A DNA stretch of 64,000 nucleotides, taken from assembly GCA_964016885.1 (NCBI GenBank), contig OZ024764.1:25978001-26042000 (forward strand). Direction: 5' to 3'. The stretch is from Eledone cirrhosa (taxonomy: Eukaryota). Positions 26,650 through 39,914 of the stretch are shown piece after piece. Positions within the stretch are counted from its first letter, which is position 1. Each line of letters opens with the position of its first letter. A program made the translations under genes and the position numbers. Under the pieces are notes generated by a model that did no database searches, had not been told where the DNA came from, and saw only the letters and a program-made list of their open reading frames with translations.

Positions 26650-28742
26650 TTGGTGCCACGTAAGCTGAAAAATAACCACCCCAAAAGTGCAATTTGGGAA
26701 ACTTCAGCAGTCCGACTTGCCAGGAAAGAACGTCGGAACGCTGAACGGGAATATAAACTGCATAAATCAGATGCCAACAGAAAAAAGCAGAATAAAGCTT
26801 CTAACCATCTCAAGCAAGTGACAAAGAAAGCAGTGCTTGAATTTGAACAGTGCATAGCAACCAATTCTGACAGTAAGGTGTTCTGGAAATATATCCATTC
26901 AAAGCAGCGACCTCACTCTCCAGTTGGTCCTCTTCGCAATCCCCACACAAGCCAGATCACTGATGATCCCAAAGAATGCGCAGAACTCATTGCTGAGTGC
27001 TATGCAAGTATTTTTACTGTTGAAAACCAGAATGTACCATCTCCACCATCTCTCACATCAAATTCCATAACAACTATGGAATTTACACCTGCAATGTTGC
27101 AACGTCACCTTAAGAATAAGCGCAACTATGCCTCCCCTGGTCTTGATGGTGTGACATACCTGCTTCTCAAACGTGGCGGGTATTTCCTTTTGCGCCAGCT
27201 TTCTTTCTTCTTTCAATACTGTCTCAACAATGGTGCTACTCCGGAGCAGTGGAAAACTGCCAGTGTCATTCCCCTGTTCAAAAAGGGCAACCGCATGTCA
27301 CCTGTCAACTATCGTCCAGTCAGTCTTACTAGCTGTATGGCCAAACTGATGGAATCCTGTGTCAGAGAAACACTTTGGAACTTCTAGAGCTCTCACAGCC
27401 TCATCCGGCCCTCACAGTTTGGATTTATCCCTAACTCCAGCTGCTGTGATCAGCTTATCGAGTTCCTTGAAGACATCACCCGGATCACTGACAGCGGCTC
27501 ATGGGTGGATGTTGTTTACCTTTACTTTGCTAAGGCTTTTAATTCTGTGCCACAGAAAAGACTTATGGCAAAACTCTCTGCAATGGGTGTGCGGGATGAT
27601 CTTTTTAACTGGTTGAAATCCTTCATTCTCATCCGAAAAGAGATAGTCACGGTTCTAGGACAGCATTCTTCACCATATGAGATGTCATCTGGTGTACCAC
27701 AGGGATCTGTTCTTGGTCCCCTTTTGTTTGTGGCATATATTAATGACATAGATGCCAACTTACAGAATGCCACGGTACTGAAATATGCAGATGACATCAA
27801 GCTGTACCTTGAAATCAAAAGGACTGATCCTGAAATCTATAACTCTTTCCTACAATCAGACCTGGACACAATGCAGCAATGGATCACAGACTGGCAACTG
27901 AAGCTGGCTGTGGACAAGTGTACCACCATGCATTTTGGGAGGAAAAATCCAGCGTCCACATACTCCCTCCACAACACTGATATCAAGAAGTCCTCTTGTG
28001 AACGTGACCTGGGCATTACTGTCAGCAAAGATTTGCGTTGGACAAAGCATGTCTCTAAGATTGTCAAGAAGGCCGAGGGTGTCTTGGCATCACTCAGCAA
28101 GACCTTTGTTAGCCGCTCTCCAGCCATCTATTTAAAACTGTATACACCTATGGTACGACCACACTTGGAATTCGCATCATCAGTCTGGAACCCCTATCTT
28201 GCTCAGAACATTGACCTCCTGGAAACTGTCCAGAGACGTGCAACCAAGCGCATACCCTCCATCAGACACCTACCATACTCTGACGCCTTGTTTCCCTGGG
28301 CATGGATTCATGGAAGCTCAGACGTCTGGCAATGGACTTGGTAAATACCCACAAATTATTAACCATCTCGCCAATTACAACCCTAAGCACCATTTTGATC
28401 TCCATGTGTCTAACACACGTGGACATGCCTACAAAATCAGAAAACAGCACAGCTCCCATGACTTTCGGAAACATTTTTTCACGCTCAGAGTTGCTGAAGC
28501 ATGGAACAAACTACCTGCGTCAGTTGTTAGCTGTCGAGACACTACATCATTTAAAACACTCATGCTTCCCGAAATACGCCAAAACTACACCTGATGTCCC
28601 CCTTCCATACACACGTGTGTGTATCATGACTCATGCACTGTTCATTTTCCTGACATTTGTACATTACCCTATGTACTATACATACACTTGTTGATGAGTT
28701 GTAGTGCACCTGAGCACTGTACACAATATTTCATTATTATTA
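26650..28742 (+). mobile_element. 5'-truncated, inactivated CR1-clade LINE (ORF2 RT)
   Basis: Motifs SPGLDG, NYRPVSLTS, SGVPQGSVLGPLLF, YADD, ERDLGI, RGHAYK, FFTLRVAEAWNKLP. In-frame TAG at 27385-27387, YLDF.KAFD changed to YLYFAKAFN, frameshifts near 28285 and 28355, (ATT)n tail at about 28733-28742. Confidence 0.95.
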
Positions 28743-30702
28743 TATGCCATATTTAATACAGAAAGGGCTTCTAAAGGAAATATTCTAAAGGAAATATTAC
28801 ATTATATGCCATATTTAATAGGGAAATGGCTTCTTAAGAATAAGAACTCTTTAATTCATTGTAAATAGTAGTATGTATGCAATATTTAATACAGAAATAG
28901 CTTCTACAAGACTAAAACTCTTTAATTTGAAAAATATTAGTAGATTATATGCAATATTTAATATATAAATAGCTTCTACAGGGCTAGATCTCATTAATTG
29001 AATTGAAATGGTAGTGTATATGCAATATTTGATACAGAAATTACTTCTACAGGGCTGAAACTTGTTAATTTGAAGGGTATTAGTAGATTATATGCCACAT
29101 TTAATGCAGAAATGGCCTTCAGAAGACTAGAACACCTCAATTCGAAAGAAATAGTAGAGTATATGCAATATTTAATAAAGAAATGGCTTCTAAAGGAGTA
29201 AAATTAATATAATTGGGGGAAATAGTAGTATATATATGCCAGATTTAATACAGAAATCTCTTCTAAATGACTTGAACTCTTTAATTTAAAGGATATTAGT
29301 AGATTATATGAAATACTTAATACGGAAATGGCTTCTAAAGGACTAAAGCTCATTAATTCGAGGGAAATAGTAGTGTATGTGCAATATTTAATACAGAAAT
29401 GGCTTCTAAAGGAATAGAACTCTTCGATTCGAAGGAAATAGTATATTATATGCAACATTTAATATAGAAATTGTTTCTAAAGGGCTAAATCTCATTAATT
29501 TGAAGGAAATAGTACATTATATGCAATATTTAATACAGAAATGATTTCTTGAGGACAAGAACCTTTTAATTTGTTGTAAATAGTAGCATGAAAGCAATAT
29601 TTAATACAGAAATGGCTTCGTCAGGACTAAAACTCTTTAATTTGAAGAGTATTAATAGATTATATGCAATATTTAATACATAAATAGCTTCTACAGTACT
29701 ACAACTCATTAATTTGTAGTGTCTATGCAATATTTAATACAGAAATGGCTTCTACAGGGCTGAAACTCATTAATTTGAAGGGTATTACTAGATTTTATGC
29801 TATATTTAATACAGAATTAAAGAGTTCTAGTGCTTTAGAATTAAAGAGTTCTAGTGCTTTAGAAGCCATTTCTGTATTAAATATTGCATATACTCTACTA
29901 TTTCGTTTGATTTAATGAGTTCTAGCTCTGTAGAAGCTATTTATGTATTAAATATTGCATATAATCCATTAATACTCTTCAAATTAATGTGTTTTAGTCC
30001 TGTAGAAGCAATTTCTGTATTAAATATTGCATACATACTACTATTTACTATGAATTAAAGAGTTATTGTCCTTAAGAAGCCATTTCCATATTAAATATGG
30101 CATATAATGTACTATTTCCTTCAAATTAAATGTTGTAGTCATTTAGAAGCCATTTCTGTATTAAATATGGCATATAATCTACTAATCTCCTTTGAATTAA
30201 TGAGTTTTTGTCCTGTACAAGCTATTTCTGTATTAAATATGGCATATATACTACTATTTCTCCTTTGAAACGGAGATTTCTAGGTCTTTAGAAGCAATTT
30301 CTGTATTAAATATTGCATATTATGTACTATTTCCTTCGAATTAATGAGTTTTAGTCCTTTAGAAGCTATTTCTATATTAAATGTTGCATATACTGTAGTA
30401 TTTCCTTCAAATCAAAGAGTTCTAGTCCTTTAGAAGCTTTTTCTGTATTAAATATTGCACATATACTACTATTTACTCCAAATATATTCGTTCTAGTCCT
30501 TTGGCAGCCATTTCTGTATTAAATATTGCACATACACTACTATTTCCTTTGAATTATTGAGCGTTACCCCTTTAGAAGCCATTACATGTGGCATATAATC
30601 TGCTATTTCCTTCAAATTGAAGAGTTCTAGCCCTTTAGAGGCCATTTCTGTATTAAATGTAGCATATAATCTACTAATACCTTTCAAATTAATGAGTTTC
30701 AG
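28740..30702. repeat. 71-72 bp AT-rich satellite, array 1; orientation flips at about 29815
   Basis: Consensus tatgcaatatttaatacagaaatggcttctaaaggactagaactctttaatttgaaggaaatagtagtata; forward to about 29816, then reverse complement. Confidence 0.93.
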
Positions 30703-31312
30703 TGACCTGGAACTAAGTAAAAAAAATTCTATTTAGGAAACTGAATGATTCTCGGCTTCAGAGTGTACGTGCCTGTATTTGCATACCCATGGCGGGTGTT
30801 TCCACGTATGCATGTATATGTACGTATATGGAGGCATGCAGCTATATATTTAATTATTGTTGATTTCAATAACCTCTGTAATTTATTTACATTATTCTTA
30901 ATTCTGAAGCTGAGAATCATTCGGTTTCCTAAATATAATTTTACTCTATGACTTCAGTTATACCATAAACGTGGTTTTGTCTTTGCATGTAATTGTTTTC
31001 TCTGCTCCAAATAATGACGTATTATCTTCGTTTTTATCTGTTCTTTGCCAGTCTCCACAAACAAAATTTTGTCTTCCTGTCTTCCTTCTGTTGCAATGTT
31101 TTTCGAAATATTTACTTCTGTGTTCACAGATTGATTTTTTTAGTTTCAGAAGATCATGTTAAGGGTGAAAGCAGTTCTTCTTTGCTTAAACTTTAATCTG
31201 TTATTTTAATAAATATTTGCTCTACGGTTCTTATATATTTGATATATATTTATACTTATCGAGCCCTCTTTGGATTTTAGTCTTCAAATTTATTATTATT
31301 ACTATATATATA

Positions 31313-31881
31313 TCATCATCATCATCAGGTCGAGCTTGCTCTCCTTTTTAGCTTTCAATAGCTGGATATACATTTGCGGTCGCTACTCCATACAAGTGAA
31401 AGCAGTACTCTGTGTTAGAGCGGTTGTGCCTTACCGAAACATCCAAACAATAGTTGATATGATCGCCTTGCCACTAGTAGTATCAACCAAATTCACAGTT
31501 ACTTGATCATTGCTTTATCTACTGATTCGACATCCTTCTTACCAATGTCGTCGTTTAACCCAGTCAGGATTGGTTTGACAGATTGCCTATCTCTGTCCAC
31601 CCTGGCTTTGAAATCAAAATGGTCCCTCTCCTAAACAGATTGCCGACCAAGGCTACCAAATATACACTATATACTCATTTACACTATTTTTGGATGGCCG
31701 TTGACTCTTATTAGTTCTTCTGCCCTTTGTCAGGTTTTGTTTTTGTCCTGCAGGATGTCCAAAATCACCCTCCTCACCAAGTAAACTTGATGGGGTTGCC
31801 AGTTTAGTTGCCGACGACCCGACCATGTGACAGGTTGTACTGGGTTACATGTTACCAGTAGCACTTGAGAGTGACCTGACA
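31313..31881 (-). mobile_element. Non-coding RTE-related short retroelement
   Basis: Head (tgtcaggtcac...ggtcgggtcgtcggcaactaaactggcaacccc) is shared with 35114-35722 (+); ends in (GAT)n at 31313-31326; no ORF. Confidence 0.6.
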
Positions 31882-32195
31882 TATATATATATATACATAT
31901 ATATATATTTAATTTTGGTATGTTTATATACATTTTTTCTTCTAACTTTGATTTTATACCTAATTGTGTATGGTTGACGATATATTTAATCGATTCCCAC
32001 GTGCTGTTGGAAATGCTGGGTAAATATTCTATGGCTGTTTATCTATTATTTCTTCATAGGTGTCTTTTAATCTTATAGCCTGGTTTAATTGTTTTTTTGT
32101 GTGGTTAATTATGCTGATTGGGACAGGAAATGGTGTATATATTTTATCAAATGTTTCTATGGACATACTTTATTATATATACATTTATATATTTT

Positions 32196-32575
32196 TGGAG
32201 GCACATGGCCTAGTGGTTAGAGCATTGGCCTTGCAATCGGTTGTGAGTTCAATTCTCAGACTTGATGTGTTGTTTCCTTGAGCAAGACACTTTATTTCAG
32301 ATTGCTCCAATTTACTCAGCTGTAGAAATGAGATGATAGGAATGGGGTCCCTATCATTCCACTGTAAAGTGGTCATGGAGGTACCACGGCAAAACAAAGC
32401 ACCCAGCCCACACTGTAAAGTGGACGTATAGGTGCCACGGCAAAAAAGCACCCAGCACTCACTGTAAATGAGGTTGGTGTTAGGAAGGGCATCCAGCTGT
32501 AGAAATCAAGCCAGATTCAGTTCCCGTCCCACCCTTGCAAGCAGGAAAAAGCGGACGTAAAATGATGATGATGAT
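32196..32575 (+). mobile_element. SINE family B
   Basis: A/B boxes, CORE-like block, internal ~48-bp repeats, RTE tail and (GAT)n. Shares private deletions with 45176-45549. Confidence 0.9.
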
Positions 32576-33001
32576 TTATATTTATATAAAGTTTTTTCAA
32601 TTTTTAGATAATCTGTGGTCGTGAGTTCAATTTTCACCTCGGATTTTCAGAGGTTAAAATAATTTTAAAGTTATTTTTTTTTGTTATTGCTTTAGTTGCT
32701 CAATCGACCAGGGCAATGCTGGGGCAACACTTCCAATATATTATTTTGTTAATATTCGGCCCCAGTACATTAAAGGATTTTTACTTTATATTAGTTTTAC
32801 AATACTCAGTTTATGTTTATATTAAAGGGGAACATAAACATATTTTAGATTGAGGAGGGGCATGTAGCAGAAAAGTTTGGGAACAACTGATATATATATA
32901 TATATATATATGGTTGTGTGTGTGTATATATATATATATACATAACATATATATAGATATATAATATATATATATATGCGTGTGTGTGTGCGCGCGCGTG
33001 T

Positions 33002-33038
<37 letters not shown>

Positions 33039-33309
33039 AACATGCACATATCCATAAATATATATATATACGTGTGTGTCATTTCTGCACCATGCCCCTC
33101 CTCAATCTAAAATATGTTTATGTTCCCCTTTAATATAAAAATAAACTCCAAAATATAAACAGACTTCTCGTAGGTGCTGCCAGATACACGATAACATGTG
33201 TAGACGAAGTGTAACTGGAAGTTGGGTCGTATTATATAACTTTAAAATTGGCCCCTATTATATTCAAATTAACCCCAGTGGGACGTGCACCCCTCGTTGG
33301 GAATCCCTG

Positions 33310-33610
33310 ATATATAAATATATGTGAGCATGTGCTATGACTGCTATTTCTAGCAGGTTTACTGCTGTCCTGTAGAGGCACAACACAAACTGGAAGTGGC
33401 AGCCATTAAAAAACTTTGGCTTAAAATCAGTGAAAATATTTTAAACAATAGAAAATTTAATGTAAACAAACCCGGGTGTTTTTGCCAAGAGAGATAACTC
33501 TTGTCTTACTTAATCGCAAAAATCGAGACAAAAATTGTGCGGGTCCTGGTTGTTGGTATTTGACTGTTATTTCTAGCATATATGGACACTTTAGAAATAG
33601 CAGCGAAAAC
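33310..33610. promoter_or_regulatory. Repeated promoter-like module (ETS, YY1 and Fox-like motifs)
   Basis: (c/t)ggaagtggcagccatt, tgtaaaca and two gctatttctag-type motifs. Copies at 46750-47070 (+), 48315-48598 (-) and partially 36480-36705 (-). Function is inferred only. Confidence 0.4.
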
Positions 33611-33659
33611 GGAATGAGGGTACACACACACACACACACATATATATATGTGTGTATAT

Positions 33660-33690
<31 letters not shown>

Positions 33691-33793
33691 ACGAAGGAAA
33701 TGTGGTAAGGAACCAGGTGGACCATAACGCACCAAAGTACTCAATACTTGGGGTAGTAGAGTGGGTAATAGGAACCGGTAAGACCCCGGTTCC

Positions 33794-33824
<31 letters not shown>

Positions 33825-33854
33825 AGATCAAAAGATGGTTAAAAGAGTTCCATG

Positions 33855-33925
33855 TATTTTATTATGCGCATTTCAAAAACAAATATCATCATGCAATAAC
33901 ATTTGTGTTTTCATCAGATAAAATA
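33855..33925 (-). ncRNA. Type I hammerhead ribozyme motif
   Basis: Minus: tattttat-CTGATGA-aaacacaaatgttatt..gatatttgttttt-GAAA-tgcgc-ATA-ataaaata. 8-bp stem I; palindromic stem III ATGCGCAT. Confidence 0.85.
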
Positions 33926-34338
33926 GGAAGACATGATATGAAGGTTAAAGAACACTTGTGGATAGTGCAGTTTTAAATCAACATATGAAAAGTAGTTTTA
34001 GATTGATGTGTGATATTGGGAAACAAATTTTGAGGGCGGGGGGAGGTTGGAAAGGATGAAAAAGAGGAGGCGATGAGTGTAAAAAGTGGAGGGGGAGGAG
34101 TATAATGAGGAAGGATGAGATAGGAGGAGAGATGGGTGATAGAGAGAGAGAGATAGCTTTTATAACTGAGAAAAATATATTGTTTTACATAGAGAGGTTG
34201 AAAAACCGTTGGAAGATAATGTATAAATTAAAAGAATTTGAAAATTAACGAAGAGAAAAATAATGTTAAGTTAAGGTTTGTATATTGAAGGGTTTAATAA
34301 TATGTAATAATTGTACTACAATAAACCTCACCTCCTAA

Positions 34339-34375
<37 letters not shown>

Positions 34376-35064
34376 ATATTAATAAATGGAAACTATATTT
34401 ATAAAACCATATTTATTTTATTATACATATTTCAAGGGCCACATGCTTTAAGATCTCTTCTTCTCTAAAAGACATAGTGGCCCTTGAAATATGTATAATA
34501 AAATAAATATAGTTTGCATTTATTAATATATTGTGTATTTACACCACAAACCTCTGCATATATATATATATATTTATTAAAATAACAGATTAAAGTTTAA
34601 GCAAAGAATCGCTGCTTTCACCCTTAACGGGATCTTCTGAAAAAATGTTAATAAATATTTGCCCTACGGTTCTTATATATTTGCTCTATATTTATCCTTA
34701 TCGATTCCTCTTTGGATTTTAGTCTTCAAATTTATTATTATTACATTATTACTATATATATATATATATATATGATAAGAATAATAATTGTAATAAAATA
34801 AAAAGGACGATTTGTTGTCTTAAGTGGTCCCCAACCTTTTCTGCTTCAAATTAAACCCTATTATATACAAATTTCTCCCTGTGGGACGTATATTCCTGAT
34901 ATATATATATATAATTGTGTGTGTGTGTGTGCGCACATGCATTCACACACACCTATTTTACATATATGTACACACACATATACGTATATATAACATCCAA
35001 ACACACACATATATGTATATGTGAGTGTTTGGATGTTATATATACGTATATGGGTGTGTGTGTG

Positions 35065-35096
<32 letters not shown>

Positions 35097-35113
35097 CATA
35101 TACGTATATATTA

Positions 35114-35722
35114 TGTCAGGTCACCAGTTGGTGCTACTGGTAACATGTATCCCAGTACAACCTGTTCCATGGTCGGGTCGTTGGCGACTAAACTGGCAAC
35201 CCCACCAAGGTTTCTTGGTGAGGAGGGTGACTTTGGACATCCTGCAGGACTAAAAACAAAACCTGTCAAAGGGCAAAGGAGCTCTTTAGAGTCAATGGCT
35301 ATCCAAAATCACTGGGAGAGATGACCCCTTAGCCTTTGTCAAGGCAGAATTCTAGGAGAAGGAAAACTCTGATATAACATCTGCAACCCTGATGGTATCC
35401 AATGATGTTGACTTGTTCTTCTTTTTGGTAAATATTATCTTGGTTAAGAGAGTGGGACTGGCTTTGTGCAGTGCCTTTGCTCACTATAAAAGCTTCACGG
35501 CACAGGCATTGCTTTATATCTGGAGATCTCTCTGCACTTGTCATCACATGGTACCATGGGCCCAGCACTATGTGTCAATAATTGTCACAGGTGTAGTGTT
35601 TGTACCAGAGTTTTCAAGTCGCTGGCTGGACTAAAAAGTCACACTCGTTCAGCGCATTGGTAGGGGTTCTCCTACATGGATATAAAGTAGTGGCCGTACT
35701 CGAAAACGAGTTGGCAGCCACC
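35114..35722 (+). mobile_element. Non-coding RTE-related element, same head as 31313-31881
   Basis: Shared ~190-bp head, then ctaggagaaggaaaactctgat, a motif I recall from RTE 5' UTRs. Confidence 0.55.
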
Positions 35723-35877
35723 ATATATATATATATTTAAAAGTTAAACAAGGTTCAATGAATACATCATGGAATGAGTTTTACAATAGAATGGAAGCAC
35801 TCAACAAGTAAAGGTTTTCCAGATTTATTAATATAAATTCAAAATATTAACAAAATAGATATTCTTGTGATCAATTA

Positions 35878-35944
35878 TATTTTATTATACATATTTCAGA
35901 GGTACTGAGTTAAGTTTAACAGTACGTCCTCATCAGATAAAATA
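35878..35944 (-). ncRNA. Type I hammerhead ribozyme motif
   Basis: Minus: tattttat-CTGATGA-ggacgtactg-ttaaacttaact-cagtacctct-GAAA-tatgt-ATA-ataaaata. Perfect 8-bp stem I. Confidence 0.88.
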
Positions 35945-35984
35945 GGATGATGCATGACATAGTAGATGGTTAAGATTCAGTCAT

Positions 35985-36022
<38 letters not shown>

Positions 36023-36178
36023 GATGAAATCGAAAATGCAACTGAAGTCTTATTTTTTTTTTAAATATATATATTTATTTGGTTCCTTTACCGGTTTTGC
36101 AGTTCTTCTGCTTTTCAAAAGGTGAGTTGAGATGGAGGGTCTGTGGGAGAAAAACCACAGACCCTCCATCTCAACTCA

Positions 36179-36216
36179 CCTTTTGAAAAGCAGAAGAACT
36201 GCGAAACTGGTAAAGG
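36179..36216 (+). ncRNA. Minimal hammerhead motif with U3-A8 core, in the arm of a long palindrome
   Basis: cctt-TTGAAAA-gcag-aagaa-ctgc-GAAA-ctg-GTA-aagg. The mirror copy 36085-36122 (-) has palindromic stem III ACCGGT but G12A. Confidence 0.65.
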
Positions 36217-36347
36217 AACCAAATAAATATATATATTTTTTTTTAAAATAAGACTCCAGTTGCATTTTCGATTTCATCTCATTTTCTTTATACTTTCACT
36301 CGTGTAGGACACCTCGGTTATTTCTCAATTTGTAAAAAAAACCTCAC

Positions 36348-36430
<83 letters not shown>

Positions 36431-37005
36431 AATATATATATATATATATATATACGTGTGTGCCCTTCTTTCTTATGTTTTCCGTTTTTCGCTGCTATTT
36501 CTAAAGTGTCCATATATGCTAGAAATAACAGTCAAATACCAACAAACAGGACCCGCAACATTTTTGCCTCGATTTTTGCGATTAAGTAAGACAAGAGTTA
36601 CCTTTCTTGGCAGAAACACCCGGGTTTGTTTACATTAAATTTTCTAGTTTAAAATATTTTCACTGATTTTAAGCCAGTCATAGCAACTCACATATATTTA
36701 TATATCAGGGATTCCCAACGAGGGATACACGCCACACTGGGGTTAATTTGAATATAATAGGGGTCAATTTGAAAGTTATATAATACGTTTGTTTTGACCA
36801 CGGCTGCATCTTAGCTTTGTTTAAATAAAAGATCTCTACTTTATATTACAGTAATAACACTTTTACAAGGTTCTGTTTCTTTTTATATTAAAGGGGGACA
36901 TAAACATATTTTAAATGTTGATATATATTTATTTATTTATGTCCTTCTTTCTGCTGTTTACTAAACTCTAAACTCAGCATTTTTCTGTTGTTCTCTGGGA
37001 TTCTA

Positions 37006-37050
<45 letters not shown>

Positions 37051-37229
37051 TGAGATTCTACAGGACCAGAACTGTTTCATTCTTGAGAAATCATAATGAA
37101 TTTCTCAAGAATGAAACAGTTCTAGTCCTGTAGAATCTCATCTATACTAAAACTTTTATACTCTGCTATGTATTGAGTACCTTACTTACTGTGGTTACCT
37201 CCGATTCAACCCGGAATAACTTACCTATA

Positions 37230-37860
37230 TCATCATCATCATCATCATCAACGTTTAACGTCCGTGTTCCACGCTTGCATGGGTTTGGACGGGGGTAGTC
37301 CCACTTGAGGCAAGAGTGATTGTCTTGCTCGCATAGGACTGTCTGGCAGGTTTTCTACAGTTGGATGCCCTTCCTAACACCAACCACATTTACAGTGTGG
37401 GACTGAGAGGTTTTTACCGTGTTGCCTACACGGCCACATTACAGCGTGAACTGTGTGTTTTTTTGTCGTGACACCTACACGATCTCATTTGTTTCGGCCT
37501 GGATGGCGCGGCACCAACATAACTTTACATAGAACGGGGTGGTGTGGATGGGGGTGTATTTTGTTAGAGATGCCTACTGGCTGTAGTAGGTTTTACTATG
37601 TATTTAGGTAAGGCGGGTCTTCTCTGTTACTGAGTACCGCCAAAGGTCTCGGTCCAGTGACATTGTCTTTGTGAGGTGTAAGTGTGTGAGGTCGGGGTTT
37701 ATCAGCTCGTCCCAGGTTTTTCTAGGTCTGCCTATTCCGTGGCTACCGTCTATCTTTATTGCCCTGCACTTTGCTATACGGCTGTCGTCTTTCATGTGCA
37801 TCGCGTGACCATACCAACGTAGCCTTCTCTCGAGTAAACAACATCTGATCCCTCTTATTT
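37230..37860 (-). mobile_element. RTE LINE 3' end, same family as 62688-63950
   Basis: RRLRWYGHAMHMKDDSRIAKCRAIKIDGSHGIGRPRKTWDELI, followed by 3' UTR and (GAT)n tail. Confidence 0.9.
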
Positions 37861-38072
37861 CTAATTATATATATATATATATATATACGTTTGTGTATAT
37901 ATATATATATGGCAGCCAACCTCACTTGCCACAGACTCGAAAAAGCCGCCACTAATCTTGATCATTGAGGTTATAATTAAACTAAACTGCTTCCACTGGG
38001 CATCATAAGCTGATCGTGATCGTTGGAGACTGCTTTCTGCGCTGAACCTAAGATTAAAAGATATATATATAT

Positions 38073-38417
38073 ATCATCATCATCATCATTTCATTTTACG
38101 TCTGCTTTTTCCCTGCTTGCAAGGGTGGGACGGGAACTGATTCTGGCTTGATTTCTACAGCTGGATGCCCTTCCTAACACCAACCTCATTTACAGTGAGT
38201 GCTGGGTGCTTTTTTGCCGTGGCACCTCCACGACCACTTTGCAGTGGAATGATGTGGACCCCAGTCCCTATCATCTCATTTCTACAGCTGAGTAAACTGG
38301 AGCAATGTGAGATAAAGTGTCTTGCTCAAAGAAACAACACATCACCCGGTCTGAGAATTGAACTCACAACCTTTTGATTGCAAGGCCAATGCTCTAACTA
38401 CTAAGCCATGTGCCTCC
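38073..38417 (-). mobile_element. SINE family B
   Basis: Near-identical to 19781-20126. Confidence 0.9.
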
Positions 38418-38888
38418 ATATGTATAATAAAATAAATATGGTTTTATAAATATAGTTTCCATTTATTAATATATTGTGTATTTACTCCACTAAATTGTTG
38501 AGTGCTTTATATCAGTTATAAAAAAATTTAAGCTTGTTGAATCCCAAAATAGTTGGTGAAACAGCCGCAGCTCAGCCGTCGGGGTCCTGAATATTTTCAT
38601 ATATATATATACGTATGAGTGTGTGTGTTTTGAGAATTAATAATTATATAAACAAGTTTGTAATGAACAATTTATTTATTATCAAAACTGTATAAACATG
38701 ATATTATTTACAGTAAGAATAACAATAATAATGATGGTTTCTAGTAAAGGTGGAAGGCCAGTAATTTGGGGGAGGGGAAAGTTGATTAAATCGAAGAGAG
38801 AAAGAAAGAAGAAACAGAACGGGAAGGAGAGGGGATGGCAAGAGGTCCGGTGTCGCAGAAGAGAGGGGAGGGTGGTTGAGCTTTGGGT

Positions 38889-39370
38889 CTAGGGCAAGAG
38901 GTCAGAAATGCTGCGCCCCACAGATAAGACGGCAAAAGTATTCTTGCGGACGATTGCCAGAGATACCCAATGCAACAACCCCCCAACCTCGCGGGGTTCC
39001 CTCCTCAGATGGGCCACTGACGCTCCGATCTTGCGGAGGAGCTCGGCAGTATGGGGTCCAAGTACTCCTGGAGTCTCAACGATGACTGGTGCAGAGAGGA
39101 AGTGACCGTACAGTCCTCGGTATTTGTTTATTTTACGTTCTTCTGCGAGGTGGGCCGCGACGCCGGGGTTTGTGACCGAAACAACTTGGAAACGAAGTTG
39201 TAGGCGGAGATTGTGTCGTAGCTGGTGGTGTCCCAGATGAGGGACCTGCCTCCTTCGAATGGGAAGAGTGATTCCGTCGGGGCGCTTGCCATCTCCGGGA
39301 CCTGTTGGCCTCAGTTGTAATGGGAAGCCAGCTGCGTCCAGGCTTCTTCTCAATATGTCGTTGAGAATGG
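38889..39370 (-). mobile_element. CRE-clade-like non-LTR retrotransposon 3' fragment (restriction-like endonuclease)
   Basis: DGKRPDGITL..., AAHLAEERKINKY, APVIVETPGVLGP and VSLAIVRKN match the RLE domain pattern of CRE-type elements; frameshifted. Confidence 0.75.
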
Positions 39371-39914
39371 CGAGTATCTATTCAATAATTATTTGAACAT
39401 TGAAATTTTAGGTTTAACTACCTTTTAAACCAAATACATTAAGAAAGGCATACCCAACACCACATCATTTTTATTTCTATTTTGAAAGTAGGTTTATAAG
39501 TATTAAATTTCAGTAGATTCTTATATCCTTCATGGTGGTCTGGTGGGATATACGAGAGATGGTGGAGGTTCTGGTCTGGGGTTCAATCCTGCTCAGGAGA
39601 TACTCTAAGGGGCTTCATACTAAACTTCTTCAGTGTTTCTTATCTCTAGAGACAAATATATATACATAAGGTAATCTGGTAAAGTTGTTAGAACATCACA
39701 TAGAATTCTTTGTAGTATTTTTTGCAGTTCTTTAATCTGAGTTCAACTTTACTTTTCTTCCATTCGGGGTTGATAATAAAGTACCAGTCAAATACTAGGG
39801 GTTAATTCTTCCTCTATATCTCTTTCTCACTCTCTGTCTGTTTTATTAAGACCTGGAGAGGAGATGTACTCTACCAGGTTTTATAATGAGTGATGGGGTC
39901 ATACCTGCCTGCTA

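Noticed and set aside
26650-28594. Active or domesticated reverse transcriptase gene
   Set aside because: Nonsense codon, two frameshifts, loss of the first catalytic Asp and no endonuclease domain.
34410-34510. Complete HHR in the hairpin (also 37049-37141)
   Set aside because: Only the GAAA-side half is present in both arms; CUGANGA was lost at the fold-back point.
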